Below, piece by piece: positions 26,700 through 38,454 of a stretch of 64,000 nucleotides of DNA. Location of the stretch: assembly GCF_008831285.2 (NCBI RefSeq), contig NC_045138.2, forward strand, positions 17,918,001 through 17,982,000, in the 5' to 3' direction. Below the pieces are notes generated by a model. It was not told the origin of the DNA. It worked only from the letters and a program-made list of their open reading frames with translations, and ran no database searches. Made by a program: the position numbers and the translations under genes. This DNA is from Nymphaea colorata. Taxonomy: Eukaryota. Position 1 is the stretch's first letter. Every line of letters starts with the position of its first letter.

Positions 26700-29600
26700 G
26701 GCGTCTTCCCTCTGGATCACCCCCCTTCTTCTTAAAGATAAGCTGCTACTCGGGGGTCCTTCTCTTCCGCGAGATCCCGAGATTCATCCAGGCAAGAAAC
26801 TGTAAGGACCTATAAACTGCAGACTGGATAAGAATAACAAGACAGAATGGAGATCAGAACGTTGAAAGAGAGAGCGGAAGGAAGAAGGATTAGGGTTTCT
26901 CTTGGAGTTTCGGGGTTCTTGCTCCCTTCGTTTACTTCTGGATCCGACTGCGTGAGAAGAAGATCGGAAAAGGACAACGGAGAAGCTTACGGGAGAAGGA
27001 AGACGAATGAATCTGTGAAAGGAAGAAAAGTCCCGACCCTTGTGTGTGAATTGAGATATCTGTCAGGACAGTCTCATAAAAGTGGCTGTTTTTTCCAGCA
27101 ATATAAAAAAAATATCAAATAAATTTCTGTAACATCGTCAACTAAATTGGCAAGAATGTTATCTAGTGACATAAAATAATATTAAAAAATACAAGTAACG
27201 TTTTTTCATGTTCAAGTTAAAATTTTTGAAACTTTTAATTTATTAAAAGAAATCTGAAAAGATTAATTATAAGCAAAACACTAGGATTGAAATTAACCTT
27301 TTTTTTCAAATGTTTGCAAAATTGAATGCTTCGAAAGTGAATCATTTTACAAAAATGGATGCAAAAATTGACTTGTATGGCCTCAAAGGGGCGTAACGCA
27401 ACTCAGGATCTTGGAGGCAAGAAGAGAGCCTCGTTTTGGGTGGTGGAATGAACCTCTCGCTCACCCGAAAGGTGTGTAACCCAACTGGTCATGTCAGCAA
27501 TTGGTAGGCGACAAAGCCTTTCTACTGTGAGTAGTTTCATCAAGAACAATTAAGGAAAATAACCACATGTTTTGTTTATCAAGTTTTCTTTCTTTAGTTG
27601 GCCCCATGAATTAGGGTTGAAGTGAGTTCATTAAAAATCAAATCAGATGTACAGCCAAAGTAAATCCTTATATTATATAGACCTATTATTCATCTTTAAT
27701 CAATGCCCTTAAATTTTGTAACTACTTGAATAAATAGATGCGTACAAGGAGTTTTGATATCCAAGCAACTTATTTGATACGGATCAACTCAAGTTGGGCA
27801 ACTGGATTTAATTTCACCATACAAGGACGTGATTTACTTTCATCTCATGATTCTACGGCATGTGTTCTTCATTAAGATGCTCTAGATCAGAAAAGAACAG
27901 CTTGTTTCATTTTTACTCTCGAGCCTCTACGAGCAATTAAATCTTGTTCCATTCAATTTCCAATGCATTTAGTTATTCAGCCCTGTCAGCATCCCTGAGG
28001 TTGGGCAGCCTTAGAAAGTTGAGTCCACGAAGTGAAATTTGTGTTTTGAAAGATTCTTTTCAATCTAAAAGTTGTATTATTTTGTGCAAATACATTGTTA
28101 GATATAAAATGCTTAGGTAGAGACCTGTAAGGTGTTATCAAGGTGAATAATTAAGAGAAAATCATGGAGAAGAAGACATAAAATATTTTAGTTATCCCTG
28201 TTGCATGATAACTTCATTGATCAAGTTGTTAATTTGATCTGATCTCCGTTCCATCAACATCTCCACAACACTTCTCGCTCTCTCTCTCATCTATGTACCA
28301 GAATAAAATAATCTTCAACAAAGTCAAGAAATCGTTGCAATCTGCCCTGCCCACATCTGGAAATGGGCAGTTCTCTGGTTGTCATCAGTGCTTGACGGCC
28401 ACCGACAAACTAAACACAAAGAAACGCCCTAGATTCTCTGTCGTTATCACGCATCGAGCTTGTAGAAAGTTAAACGACATCATTTTAAGGGCAGCTATTT
28501 TGTTAGTTGAAGAGGACAGTTCCCGCATTTAAGATGCAGCCGCTCCAAGTGAGTCATGGATTCCTCAACTTCTCATGTTATCAACAACTTCGAGACCAAA
28601 GTTAAACCAGCAGATCATCAAAATCAATATAATTATGTTTATGAGAAAAACACCTTGATCCCAACTATGCGATTTACGAGGCCAAACATCAAATTTCACC
28701 ACGTCCCTCTTACTTTTTGCTGGCTGGATATCCCCTCTACGATCAAGGCAAATTGTTTGACTTACAGTCGTTTAAACTCGAGCAAACTCAACGGAAACCA
28801 CCTTTCTGATATTTTGATGCCAAAAGCTTCTCCTTTTGATCCTTTGGCCTGCTTTTTGAGTGCCCTTGCAACAGGATTTTTACTTTAAACTACACTTTTC
28901 AGAAAACTTATGCCTTCCAAGAAGGTATTTTGCAGAGAACGATTGCTTCAAAGGAATATATCAACAATGCCGTCGAAGGTCTCGGAGTAATTTAGTTTCT
29001 TGCCCGAAAGAGAAGCAGGAGACAAGTCAAACTTTCTGTATTGTTCAAGTAAGCTCCAAGAACGTATTGCTCATGTAAGTTTCAGGTGACAACGTCAGGT
29101 CTCATTCTCTGCATGCACGCAAACGTAGCTTGCATCACCAATTCCTAGATCCCAAAATTAAAGTAGACCACTCGTACTGCATAAATCAACGCAGCTATAT
29201 TATTTGAATCCTGATGCGACAGAGCGGAGAGCTTATGCACAAGGGAAACAGAATTGAGATTATTTCATTAAGAGAAGCTTCTCCATCTATATATAGTGAA
29301 TACATCCTTGAGGTAAACTCTGTACATATTGCTAATATATCAGACTATTCACAAAGATTCCCAACAGCTGGTACCCACCAGCATCAACAGAGTGGAAGCT
29401 TAACCACACACTGCAAACTTACCCACACAGCGATCTTACAAACGTCAGGAGGCAGATAAGACCAGCTTACAGCCGCAGTGAGACAGTAGCTCAGCACAAG
29501 CAACAGCAAACAGTAGAATCTGAGGGGAAGTCCACTATAGCAATCGACCTCCACGCGACCAACATATCCGTTCTTCTGGCAATTTCTACGTCTCAATCCA

Positions 29601-30252
29601 TCTTTCTTGCTTCAGTGATGCACCTTCTTCTCTTCTCTGCCGTAGTGAACAGTCAACCTATCAGCTCCCCCATGATTAACAAAGTCCGTACGACAGAGTG
29701 CGATAGGGTAGCGACTGAAGTAACCGACCTGCTAGAGAAAAACGAGTTGCAGACGCGCGAGAAGCTCCTTGGAGATGCTTGCATATCCTTCAAAAACAGA
29801 AGATCGACGTAAATGGTGTCCAAGGCCTGTAAAGGGAAAAAGAAACGAAAGATTAGAAATCCTGTTCAAGGACGCAATCCAACTGCGCTCCCAGTTGCAT
29901 CGCATTTGCTAGTTTGAGATAGATTGCCTATAGAGAAGCAAAACCGCACTCTTTTTTAACACTAAAACAGCAAGAATTGAGAGAAGGCGGCCAACATATA
30001 GCGAAAAACGAAGCTACAGGTGGCTGCCTCTTGATGGTAACGGATGAAAGCAAAGGGGGGGTTGGATTTCTACGGATAGAGAATGACGAATTTGTCTCTG
30101 GTAAAGGGCGAGCAAAGAGAGAGCATTGTGGCTCTCGAACCAAAAAGGGGTGAAACCTGAAACTTGCCTTGCATTTACGAACATTATAACTACAAGCCAC
30201 CTCGAAACAGGCGGGGAACAAGACCCGGACTCGCTGTTTTCCATTATCGTTG

Positions 30253-31229
30253 TCACTTGGGGCTGGAACCCAGGAAGCCCAGCTTCTCCGTTAGCAATCT
30301 AACATCTGCATCGTTGCTTCTCACGCCATTGACGATAGATTGCTCTTCTCTCACATTCTCACCCCACAGCTCCTCAAAAAACTCAAAGCCTGAGCTCTCA
30401 TCTTCAGCACCCCCTTCCTCATCCTCATCTATGTCCCCCGTGATCTCCCCCTTCAGTTCTGTTTCAAGTCTCTCTAGCTCAGATAAGTCAAGCTCATACT
30501 GATCTTCGATATCATCGGACACCATCCCCACATTAACTCCTTCCTGCGCTTCAAGACCTTCAATCATATTATTCAATTCCCTCACATCTTCTTCGTCTGG
30601 TCTTCCTACAATAGGTCGCCTTCTCTTCTTGCTAATAGCTTCTTCAAGTTCCATTCTCTTCCCATTCTGCTGCAGCATCTGCATCACAAACGTGGGGTTC
30701 TGCATGGCTCTTGCCAAGAATGTCATCATCTGCTGTTGCTTTTGCTCTGTTCCTTGAATCCTCTCTTCCATCGCTCGAAGATAGTCCCTCGTGCTCTGCT
30801 GTTGCTGCCTCAGCTTCACCAGCTCTGCCATCAACACAGTCCTGTCTCTCTTCAGCCTGTCTATTTCTCCTTCCAAACCAAAATGACCAACTTCAACGCA
30901 TGCCCCAACTGCTTGCTGCTGAACTATCTGGGAAGGTGGCTTCCTCCTCTTTATATTGATGAGTAGGTGCTTCTGCCCTCTAACAAACCCTTCGTTTGCG
31001 AACTCCCACCTGTCTGGGTCAACCTTCCTGAAACCCTGAGACAATAAACAGTACCTAAGTCTCAGATGAGTAAAGCTGCAAAAGGAGATCAGTTGAAATG
31101 TAAAAGCAGCTAATGAACCAACAAACTAGTAAAGCACTGGAATATGTGATCAATCAAACAAAAAAAAAACAATGGTACTAAAACCAAAGTATAATGAAAA
31201 AACTACGATGGATGTGCGTCGTCCGTGCG

Positions 31230-31260
<31 letters not shown>

Positions 31261-33037
31261 CCCTTTTCCTTCGTTAATGTTGTTTTTTGTTCTTTTACTA
31301 TTCACATATTGATTCAGTGTTCCTTAATTTGATATTTTTGTGTTCCTCGGATGTAGAAACGCTGCTATAAAACAAGCTTATAGACTTTTTCTTCGTGGCT
31401 TGCCCTGTAAATTCCACAGAAGCTTGTGATTTATAAGAAAGGAAAAACTTAGGATGCTGGCATAGTCCGTGGTTTTTCTACCGGCTGTGTTTGTTTCGTT
31501 CTCTTAAATCGTAATTGCAGTTAAGGAAAAATGTGGAAATAACAGGTCTGACATCTGAGCAGTCATGCTGCCAATTGATTTCTTGTCACTTTCATGGAAG
31601 TCCTATATTCATTGTGAGTTGAATAATTTGACATCAGTTGTCCCTTAGATAGAAGAACTACCACCTACAGTATAGCTACAGTGGCTTCTCAATACGGATT
31701 GGCAATCCAAACACTACCATAGGTTAATGACTTTTTCGCACATCTAAAAGACATATTATGTGTTTCTCGCATTTATGCAGTCTGAATCCTATGATTGCCC
31801 GTAGGTAAATAATATCTCCTCTCCCTTTAGACACGTACAAGGTTTGAAGATTAGGATTCTAGTGGCCCAAGTGGGTTCTAAGCTAGTGATCTATTGTCAT
31901 AAGCATGATTAACCAGATGAAACAAGCAATAAGAACATTGATTTTATCACCATGTTGGTTGCTTGAACAAATCTCGTTTCTTGAATCTGAACGTGAGTCC
32001 ACCGTCCTAATAGGAAAATAGAACAGAAAAAAGTTACATTTAACTAAAGAATTTACGAGGATAAAAAGTACAGATGAAAATAAATAAATATATATATCCA
32101 TATAATACATATATATATTATATATTTTACAGAATAGAGATTTCACCTCCCCTTCCTTGATATCATAAATCCCGTGAATTAGTTCAAATACTGCCAAACA
32201 GATTAAAAGCTCTTTTTTCAGGGTAGGAAGGGAATATAATGAAGATTGAGGAGATGACAAAAAATATTTTTTAAAAAATAAAATGAAAAGCAAGAAAAGG
32301 GGGACAGAAGCAATAGCAGGCAGGAAGAGAGTCCTGGGGAAAAAAAATTAGGTAGGAACCAAAGCAACTTGCTGAGCTCGTTAAAACCGAACTTCACATG
32401 CTTCTAACAAACATTTCTGGGCCTCCTCTGCTTCAACAAAGATGCTTTAATCTTCAAAATTTCAACCGTTCTTTTCAGTATACCAGGAATTTCAACATTT
32501 TCTTCAAATTTCTTTTCCCAATTACTTCCTGGTTCAACAATTTGGTTCATTGCTTGATCAAATAAATGATTCTACTTGACAAAGCTTGCTGGCTTCAGAG
32601 ACCTATTTGCTGTAACACGAAATTCCGAATCGAGAAAACCAGATTGAGATGCCACACAAACCGGGCAAACAGATACATTGAAACTAAATCGTTGGGGAGA
32701 AAAAAACTCGAAACCCAGATAGGAGACTACTTACATATGTATTGAGCTGCCTAACAAAGCTAGAAAAGTTATTATGCTTGAAGAATCTGGGCAGCAACTC
32801 CGTGGAAAATCTGTGAGTGTCCCAAACGACAAAGCTGCTTCCTGTCGAGGACCAAGAGAGCAACTCGTCCGTGCTAGGGTCGTCCACCATGTCATAAGTC
32901 TTACTCAGAAAAGGAGGTGGAGTGGGATCATGGAGACCCTGCAATGGCAGAGGAGGGTAGACGTAGGGTTCACAAGAGGAAGAAAATGCGGCCTCTTCAT
33001 TATTCTCCTCCTTCACTGCGGTGCCGTATGTGTTCAT
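30253..33037 (-). CDS. Class A heat stress transcription factor (HsfA6b/A2/A7-like), 2 coding exons, about 361 aa
   Basis: Exons 33037-32735 and 31035-30253, with the canonical DBD intron ([25 protein letters not shown]). Class A HR-A/B with insertion, NLS KKRRRP, AHA-like FFEELW, C-terminal NES-like [14 protein letters not shown]. Subclass inferred from the termini only. Confidence 0.95.
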
Positions 33038-33559
33038 GATCACCCGCAAAAATGATAACCAGAAGAGCAGCAATACAACAGTTTTTGCACAATCGGGGAA
33101 AGGGAATGACACAGAACAGCGCGTTAAAGAAAGGAAAAATTGATCTAAATCCAAAAGAGGCAACAGAACGGGCGCAAAGAATTAAAGATTCCCCACAAGT
33201 GTCTTTCGGGTATGAAGATATAAAACAGGAACCCAACTATATAGCTGAAAAAACATCTGGTTTCTACCAGAGACGAAGAGCAAGAGAGAGAGAGAAGGAC
33301 GCAGGAATTTCAATTTTTACGGAAACAAGAAACAAGAAGCGAAGAAATCTTGCCGATAAGATAGATAAACTCTAAAAAAAGAAACAGAAACAGAGATAGA
33401 GAGAGGGTGGGGGAGATATTTATGTGTGAGAAACGAAGCTGCAGGTGGGCTTTAATGGATGAAAAGGGGAGTGACGAATTCTTGACTGATAAGAAGAGGA
33501 AAAGCTTCCTGGTTATCGAAATTTGAAATGGTAGAAGAGGGATTAAATGGGGAGGTAGA

Positions 33560-33655
33560 GGAAGGTTCTAGACTCTCAACAGTACTGAAAATTATTCCAG
33601 AGACGTGATACCCGACCTTCTTTCGCCTTCCTGGAGAATGTTCTGGAAATTTCTT
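33560..33655 (-). promoter_or_regulatory. Proximal heat-shock elements of the Hsf gene
   Basis: GAAggTTCtaGA at 33561 and a perfect four-unit GAAtgTTCtgGAAatTTC at 33636-33653, about 0.5-0.6 kb upstream of the ATG. Confidence 0.8.
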
Positions 33656-34816
33656 CAGTGGCTTACTCGGCCGCTGGTTTCTCAGTCTTGCCAGTCTCTC
33701 TCGCGAAGAGATAACAGTTGACCAACAACCCACCCGAAAGTCAAGCCCCAGATCTTTCCCAGGTTTCCACTTCCACAAAGCACTATCGTGATCTGGAAGG
33801 ATGCCTGTAAATAAAAAACTGGCAGATGAGAAAGGGAGCTTGATCTTCGGGTTCACCACACGATCCCCTTTACTAGTTTGACTGAGAGAACCGTCTTCCG
33901 AATCCGTCGTTCTTTCTGGAACAATAAAGAGATGTTTCTCCAAATTACCCTTTTTACGCCGAATACAAACAAATAAGGGTTTTTTTTTTCTTTTTGAATT
34001 TTAACTAAAAAAAACTTTTAGATTATGCAATTTTAACATAAATATGGAAATCTTTTGGATCTTGAAAAATCAAGACCCCTATAATGTGATCATTTTTACA
34101 ACTTAAAATTTCATTATCTGCGCCCAAGATCTAAGGTTTCGTGATATTTTTAACTTAGTTTATAAAAAAAAAATGAATCATGCAGGACTCGTGATACTTT
34201 CACTGATGGGTTTTAAATATTTAATCATGTCTGAATATGCAGCCAACTGATTTCAATTCTCCCATGTGTGTGTCAAAAGAAGTAAGATTAGTCCAAAATC
34301 GATTTGAATTTAGAAGTATCACTAATCAGAGGGTTTCATTCCGGAGGCCAAGACGACATAAACCATGGTAATTTTAAAATTTCAATTTAAATATATAAAA
34401 ACTTGAAAGCTTATATTTCAGATATTGCTAAGTTTTGAAACTATTGTTGACCCCTGCAACGAAAAAAATTTTAGCTTCACCACTAGATATAGAAAGTGCT
34501 ATGGCTACCCAATATATGCATTTTTCAATATTATAAAATGAGATGGATCAAAATCTCAATTAAATTCATGTTTTAGAACCCAAGTTTTATTCATTTCAAT
34601 CAGTTTTCATTTTCATGATATAACACAAAGATGTCATAGATTCAACTTGCAAGTGAACCTGTCTCTTTAGTTTCACAAACAACACTAAACAGTTGGTACC
34701 TATTGTTTATTATTATGCATAACAATGAATGCAGATTCAAACTTAAAATTAAACTTAAAATAAGAATGAGCTTTCTAAGACTGGTCTTAGGGCAGAAAGG
34801 GTAGTTGTAGAAAGGG

Positions 34817-34872
<56 letters not shown>

Positions 34873-35560
34873 ACCAGACCCCTCAAGTCCCATTGGAAGT
34901 CGAAAAAATCTAAAGCAGGTATCGAATATTTTTATATAGTTTAGGTGGGTGATGTAGAGTGCGGTCGCCTAGGTTTCCTTTATTAGATATTTCTCCTTCA
35001 GGCTATCGTTTCTCACTGGCTGACTTCATAAATACTTCAGGCTTCCTCGTTTGAAGTATATCTTCGTTGGATTTGTTTTGTTCGGTACGCTCATAAAAAT
35101 ATCACTGAGAATGTTAGATATCTCCCCCCTACTGTTGACTCATCAGTATTGTTACGTATCAGCCAGTATCACCTTCTTTTTTAATGTTTAAATTTAATTA
35201 TTAATTTCAAAATATTATGAATTATTTTAAATTCAGAAAATATATAAACTTATATATTGTCCCCAATACAAAAGATAATAGCAACATGAGATGAAGGAAT
35301 TCATTTTCGAGGACTAAGATTACCACAGGAACCATATTTTTCCGAACTGATGTCCAAAAGAAAGAAACAGAAAGGAAGATGCATTTGACTGAATCTTTTT
35401 GGCGGATTCCTACTTGACACAAAATTTCCAAGTTAAGCGTTTTAGTGCAGCGACCAGGGTGCGTAATTTATTCTCACGTTGAGGGGTTTTAGGTAAAGTG
35501 GCTTTTTCCGTTTCCGGCTTCGAAGCCCCAGTTTTACAAAGGTTTCTAGCGGGAAGGCGG

Positions 35561-35610
35561 GGAAGGTTCTAGACTTTGTCGTTTTGCGGGAACGTTCGAG
35601 AAATTTCTCC
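35561..35610. promoter_or_regulatory. Distal heat-shock element cluster
   Basis: GAAggTTCtaGA at 35562 and a perfect four-unit GAAcgTTCgaGAAatTTC at 35590-35607, in a GC-richer island. Confidence 0.7.
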
Positions 35611-35876
35611 ATGCTTCCGCTTCCAACATCTGCCCGAACCGAGCGAGTCCGCCCAAAAGACTGTGGGTCCCACAAAAGGAACGCGTGTATATCTACAATG
35701 GGCCGTACAAACATGAGTGGAGGTGGGGCCCTAGAGCCTCAACCAAAAGCTAGATAAGGTTCCCGTCTAACATCCTATTTCAATTCGGGTTTGATACATC
35801 CGATCCAGTAAGGATCCTTTAAATATAATATTTAAGATGTTTTTTTTTAATCTAACCTTATCAATACGATCTTAAG

Positions 35877-35952
35877 GATAAGTTGATCAAAATATATGAT
35901 AAGTTGATCAAAATATATGATAAGTTGATGCAAAATATATAGTAAGTTGATC
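35877..35952. repeat. 21-bp tandem repeat, about 3.5 copies
   Basis: GATAAGTTGATCAAAATATAT repeated, with the later copies degenerate. Confidence 0.85.
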
Positions 35953-36250
35953 ATTTGTTAGGTTTTAATAGTGTTTTTATAATAAGCAAAAATAAATGGC
36001 TCTTACAAAATCAACATTTTGGTACTAGAAAAATCAATATGTTTCATAAAAACAACTTGATTCATAGCAGTACATCAAAATAGTTTTTATAGATATATTA
36101 AGATGTTTATATTTTATTTAAAATATCTTTTAGTAAATTTCTTTCTTTCTTCATTAACTTTAAATTGATCTGAGAGAGAGAGAGAAGCTTGGTCATAGGG
36201 TCCTTAGAGATCCATAGTTGTCAAGATGTTATATATACATATATATCAAG

Positions 36251-36333
<83 letters not shown>

Positions 36334-38454
36334 ATTGATCTGTCATCTTTCAAGATCAAAGGTTAAAAGAAAATCAAAGAAAAAAATGAGATATGATATT
36401 TTAATCATCAGATATTACTTAACAAAATGTTTTCTCACCCGTCCATCGTAAAAAAGCAACGTCTATGATGATGCTTGACCTATAACAGGTTGTAAATAAT
36501 CATTTAAGTTGGTCAAACGGTTCATAGGTAGGAGGTCGAAGGTTGCTATCTTATAAGTAAAGAACCCTACATTACTCTTTCATTTACCCAGTTTACATAT
36601 TTCAATATATAAAATGATATACACAAACGGAATAAACATAAAAACTATGTGAACTGATTATGAGTGGTATAATTAATTTAACTAGTAATTCACAATATGC
36701 CACGCAGAGAAGTATTTTGTTTTTTTAGGAAAAGTGAATCAACTTATACCTTTCAAAGGTAACTCTGGTGACACTATAAATTATTAATTTAATTTATCGG
36801 ACTACTCACAATCTATGTACTTAGTCCCTACCCGATGTACATATTGTGTGACTTGTACTCGAAAGATTGCCGAACTACTATGGCCTTACCGAACGACACA
36901 CTGAACAAAGACTCGGTGTACTCCATAGTCACCAGCGTTTGGAGCAGTAGTGCTCCTGCTTGAAATCAGAAACACACACACACAGATTTAAATATGCACA
37001 TAAAACCCACAAACATAGAGATGCACAGTCAAATTAAACAAGGAGGCTAAGAAAAATACATGCACGTACACGTATAAGGAAAAAAAAAAAAAAACTCGAC
37101 CCAGGTTCCAAAGCAACACTCAACCTTAGGGGCGTTTTTCCACACAAATATAAAACTGACCTGTCAACTATGTGGATCGGTAGCCTAGGTTGGCAACAAG
37201 GATGGCAAGGAGAACAGACGAGATGAACCGTCTGTTTTACACGCTCCCACCATCAAATATGCTTTACGCGCTCCCACCATCAAATACGCCCTTAGGGGGA
37301 CCTTTAATCTATAAGAGGGAATAAGGAAACTGTGAGAATAAACGAAATCAAATATGTTCAGTACAATGGAACACGTAGTTTCCTTGTAAGGTCCATCTAT
37401 CTGGATAGGAATCGTTAAATGATCAAGTTGAAGGCGATCAATAGCTTAAAAGTTGGGATTCACTTTTTGGAATTATGTGATTAGAGTTTAAGCTAAAAAC
37501 CAGCTTGCCAGTCCAGAAAATGAAGGATTGGAAAGATATGTCAGATTGGAGTTCACATAAGAAATATGAGCTCAAACGCAGGAGAAAAAATTTACAGCAC
37601 AAGTCATATTGCTAAAGTATTATATGTAGGGTTTTGATATGATACAACATAATATTGTAAGATTTTAAAACATAATAATCCTTTATTGCCTTGATTCCCG
37701 ATGCACTTTGTACACATTGCATAAAAGTCCACCACCTAGGAAAAAGGAGAACACATTTCAGTGGCCCACGCTTCACGCATCCTAACTTTGGCACCAAAGC
37801 TTTGACTAGCATCCTGAGAGAAGGTTGCGCAAACATCAATTTACAAACTTAAGAACTACAATCGAACAGCTTAAAGTGGAAGGCAATTCCAACAGGTTCT
37901 TACCTGGAATAATCAAAGTTACGGGCAGATGTCCTCTTCGACATCCAGTAAAATGAAAACCTCCACATTCAGATAGGTAGACGTCCGTCTCCTGTCAATC
38001 TGTTCCCTGAAAGAATCAAGAAGTGCAGAACCAACTCTGTAACATCTCACAGCCTGGCAACGATTCATGAGTCTGACCAGGATCCTGCTTCAGTGTTCTC
38101 TTTGATCCGTGAGATCCATGACTACCAGAGGTTTGACTTTGTCTTGGAAGACAATTCCAGGTCCAGGTTTCTAACAGTCGGCTGATACTGATGTGTCGTG
38201 AACATCAAATACTTCAATTTCAGTGCCAGGAGATGAACAACATATCCATCAATGTGAAACCAAAACATAGGCTCCACCAGACGAAGCAAGGATGAGGTCC
38301 ACATTTTGACACTTTCAAGATAAATCAAGAGCCACATGATTGCAGTAGGACTCAGGGAAGGAAACACCTCTTTGGTGCTTGCTTGAAAACAGGCATGCAG
38401 CAATTGCAAAAGATCAGGCCAAGGGGCCTGATGAAAATGTGATGGAAGACATGC

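Noticed and set aside
29384..29596. 70-aa hydrophobic Cys-rich ORF as a separate gene
   Set aside because: No ATG start or recognisable family; better explained as Hsf 3'UTR/alternative exon sequence.
31883..32293. 136-aa ORF in the Hsf intron and similar AT-rich ORFs in the track
   Set aside because: Low-complexity F/I/L/Y-rich translations of intronic or microsatellite DNA, often with non-ATG starts.
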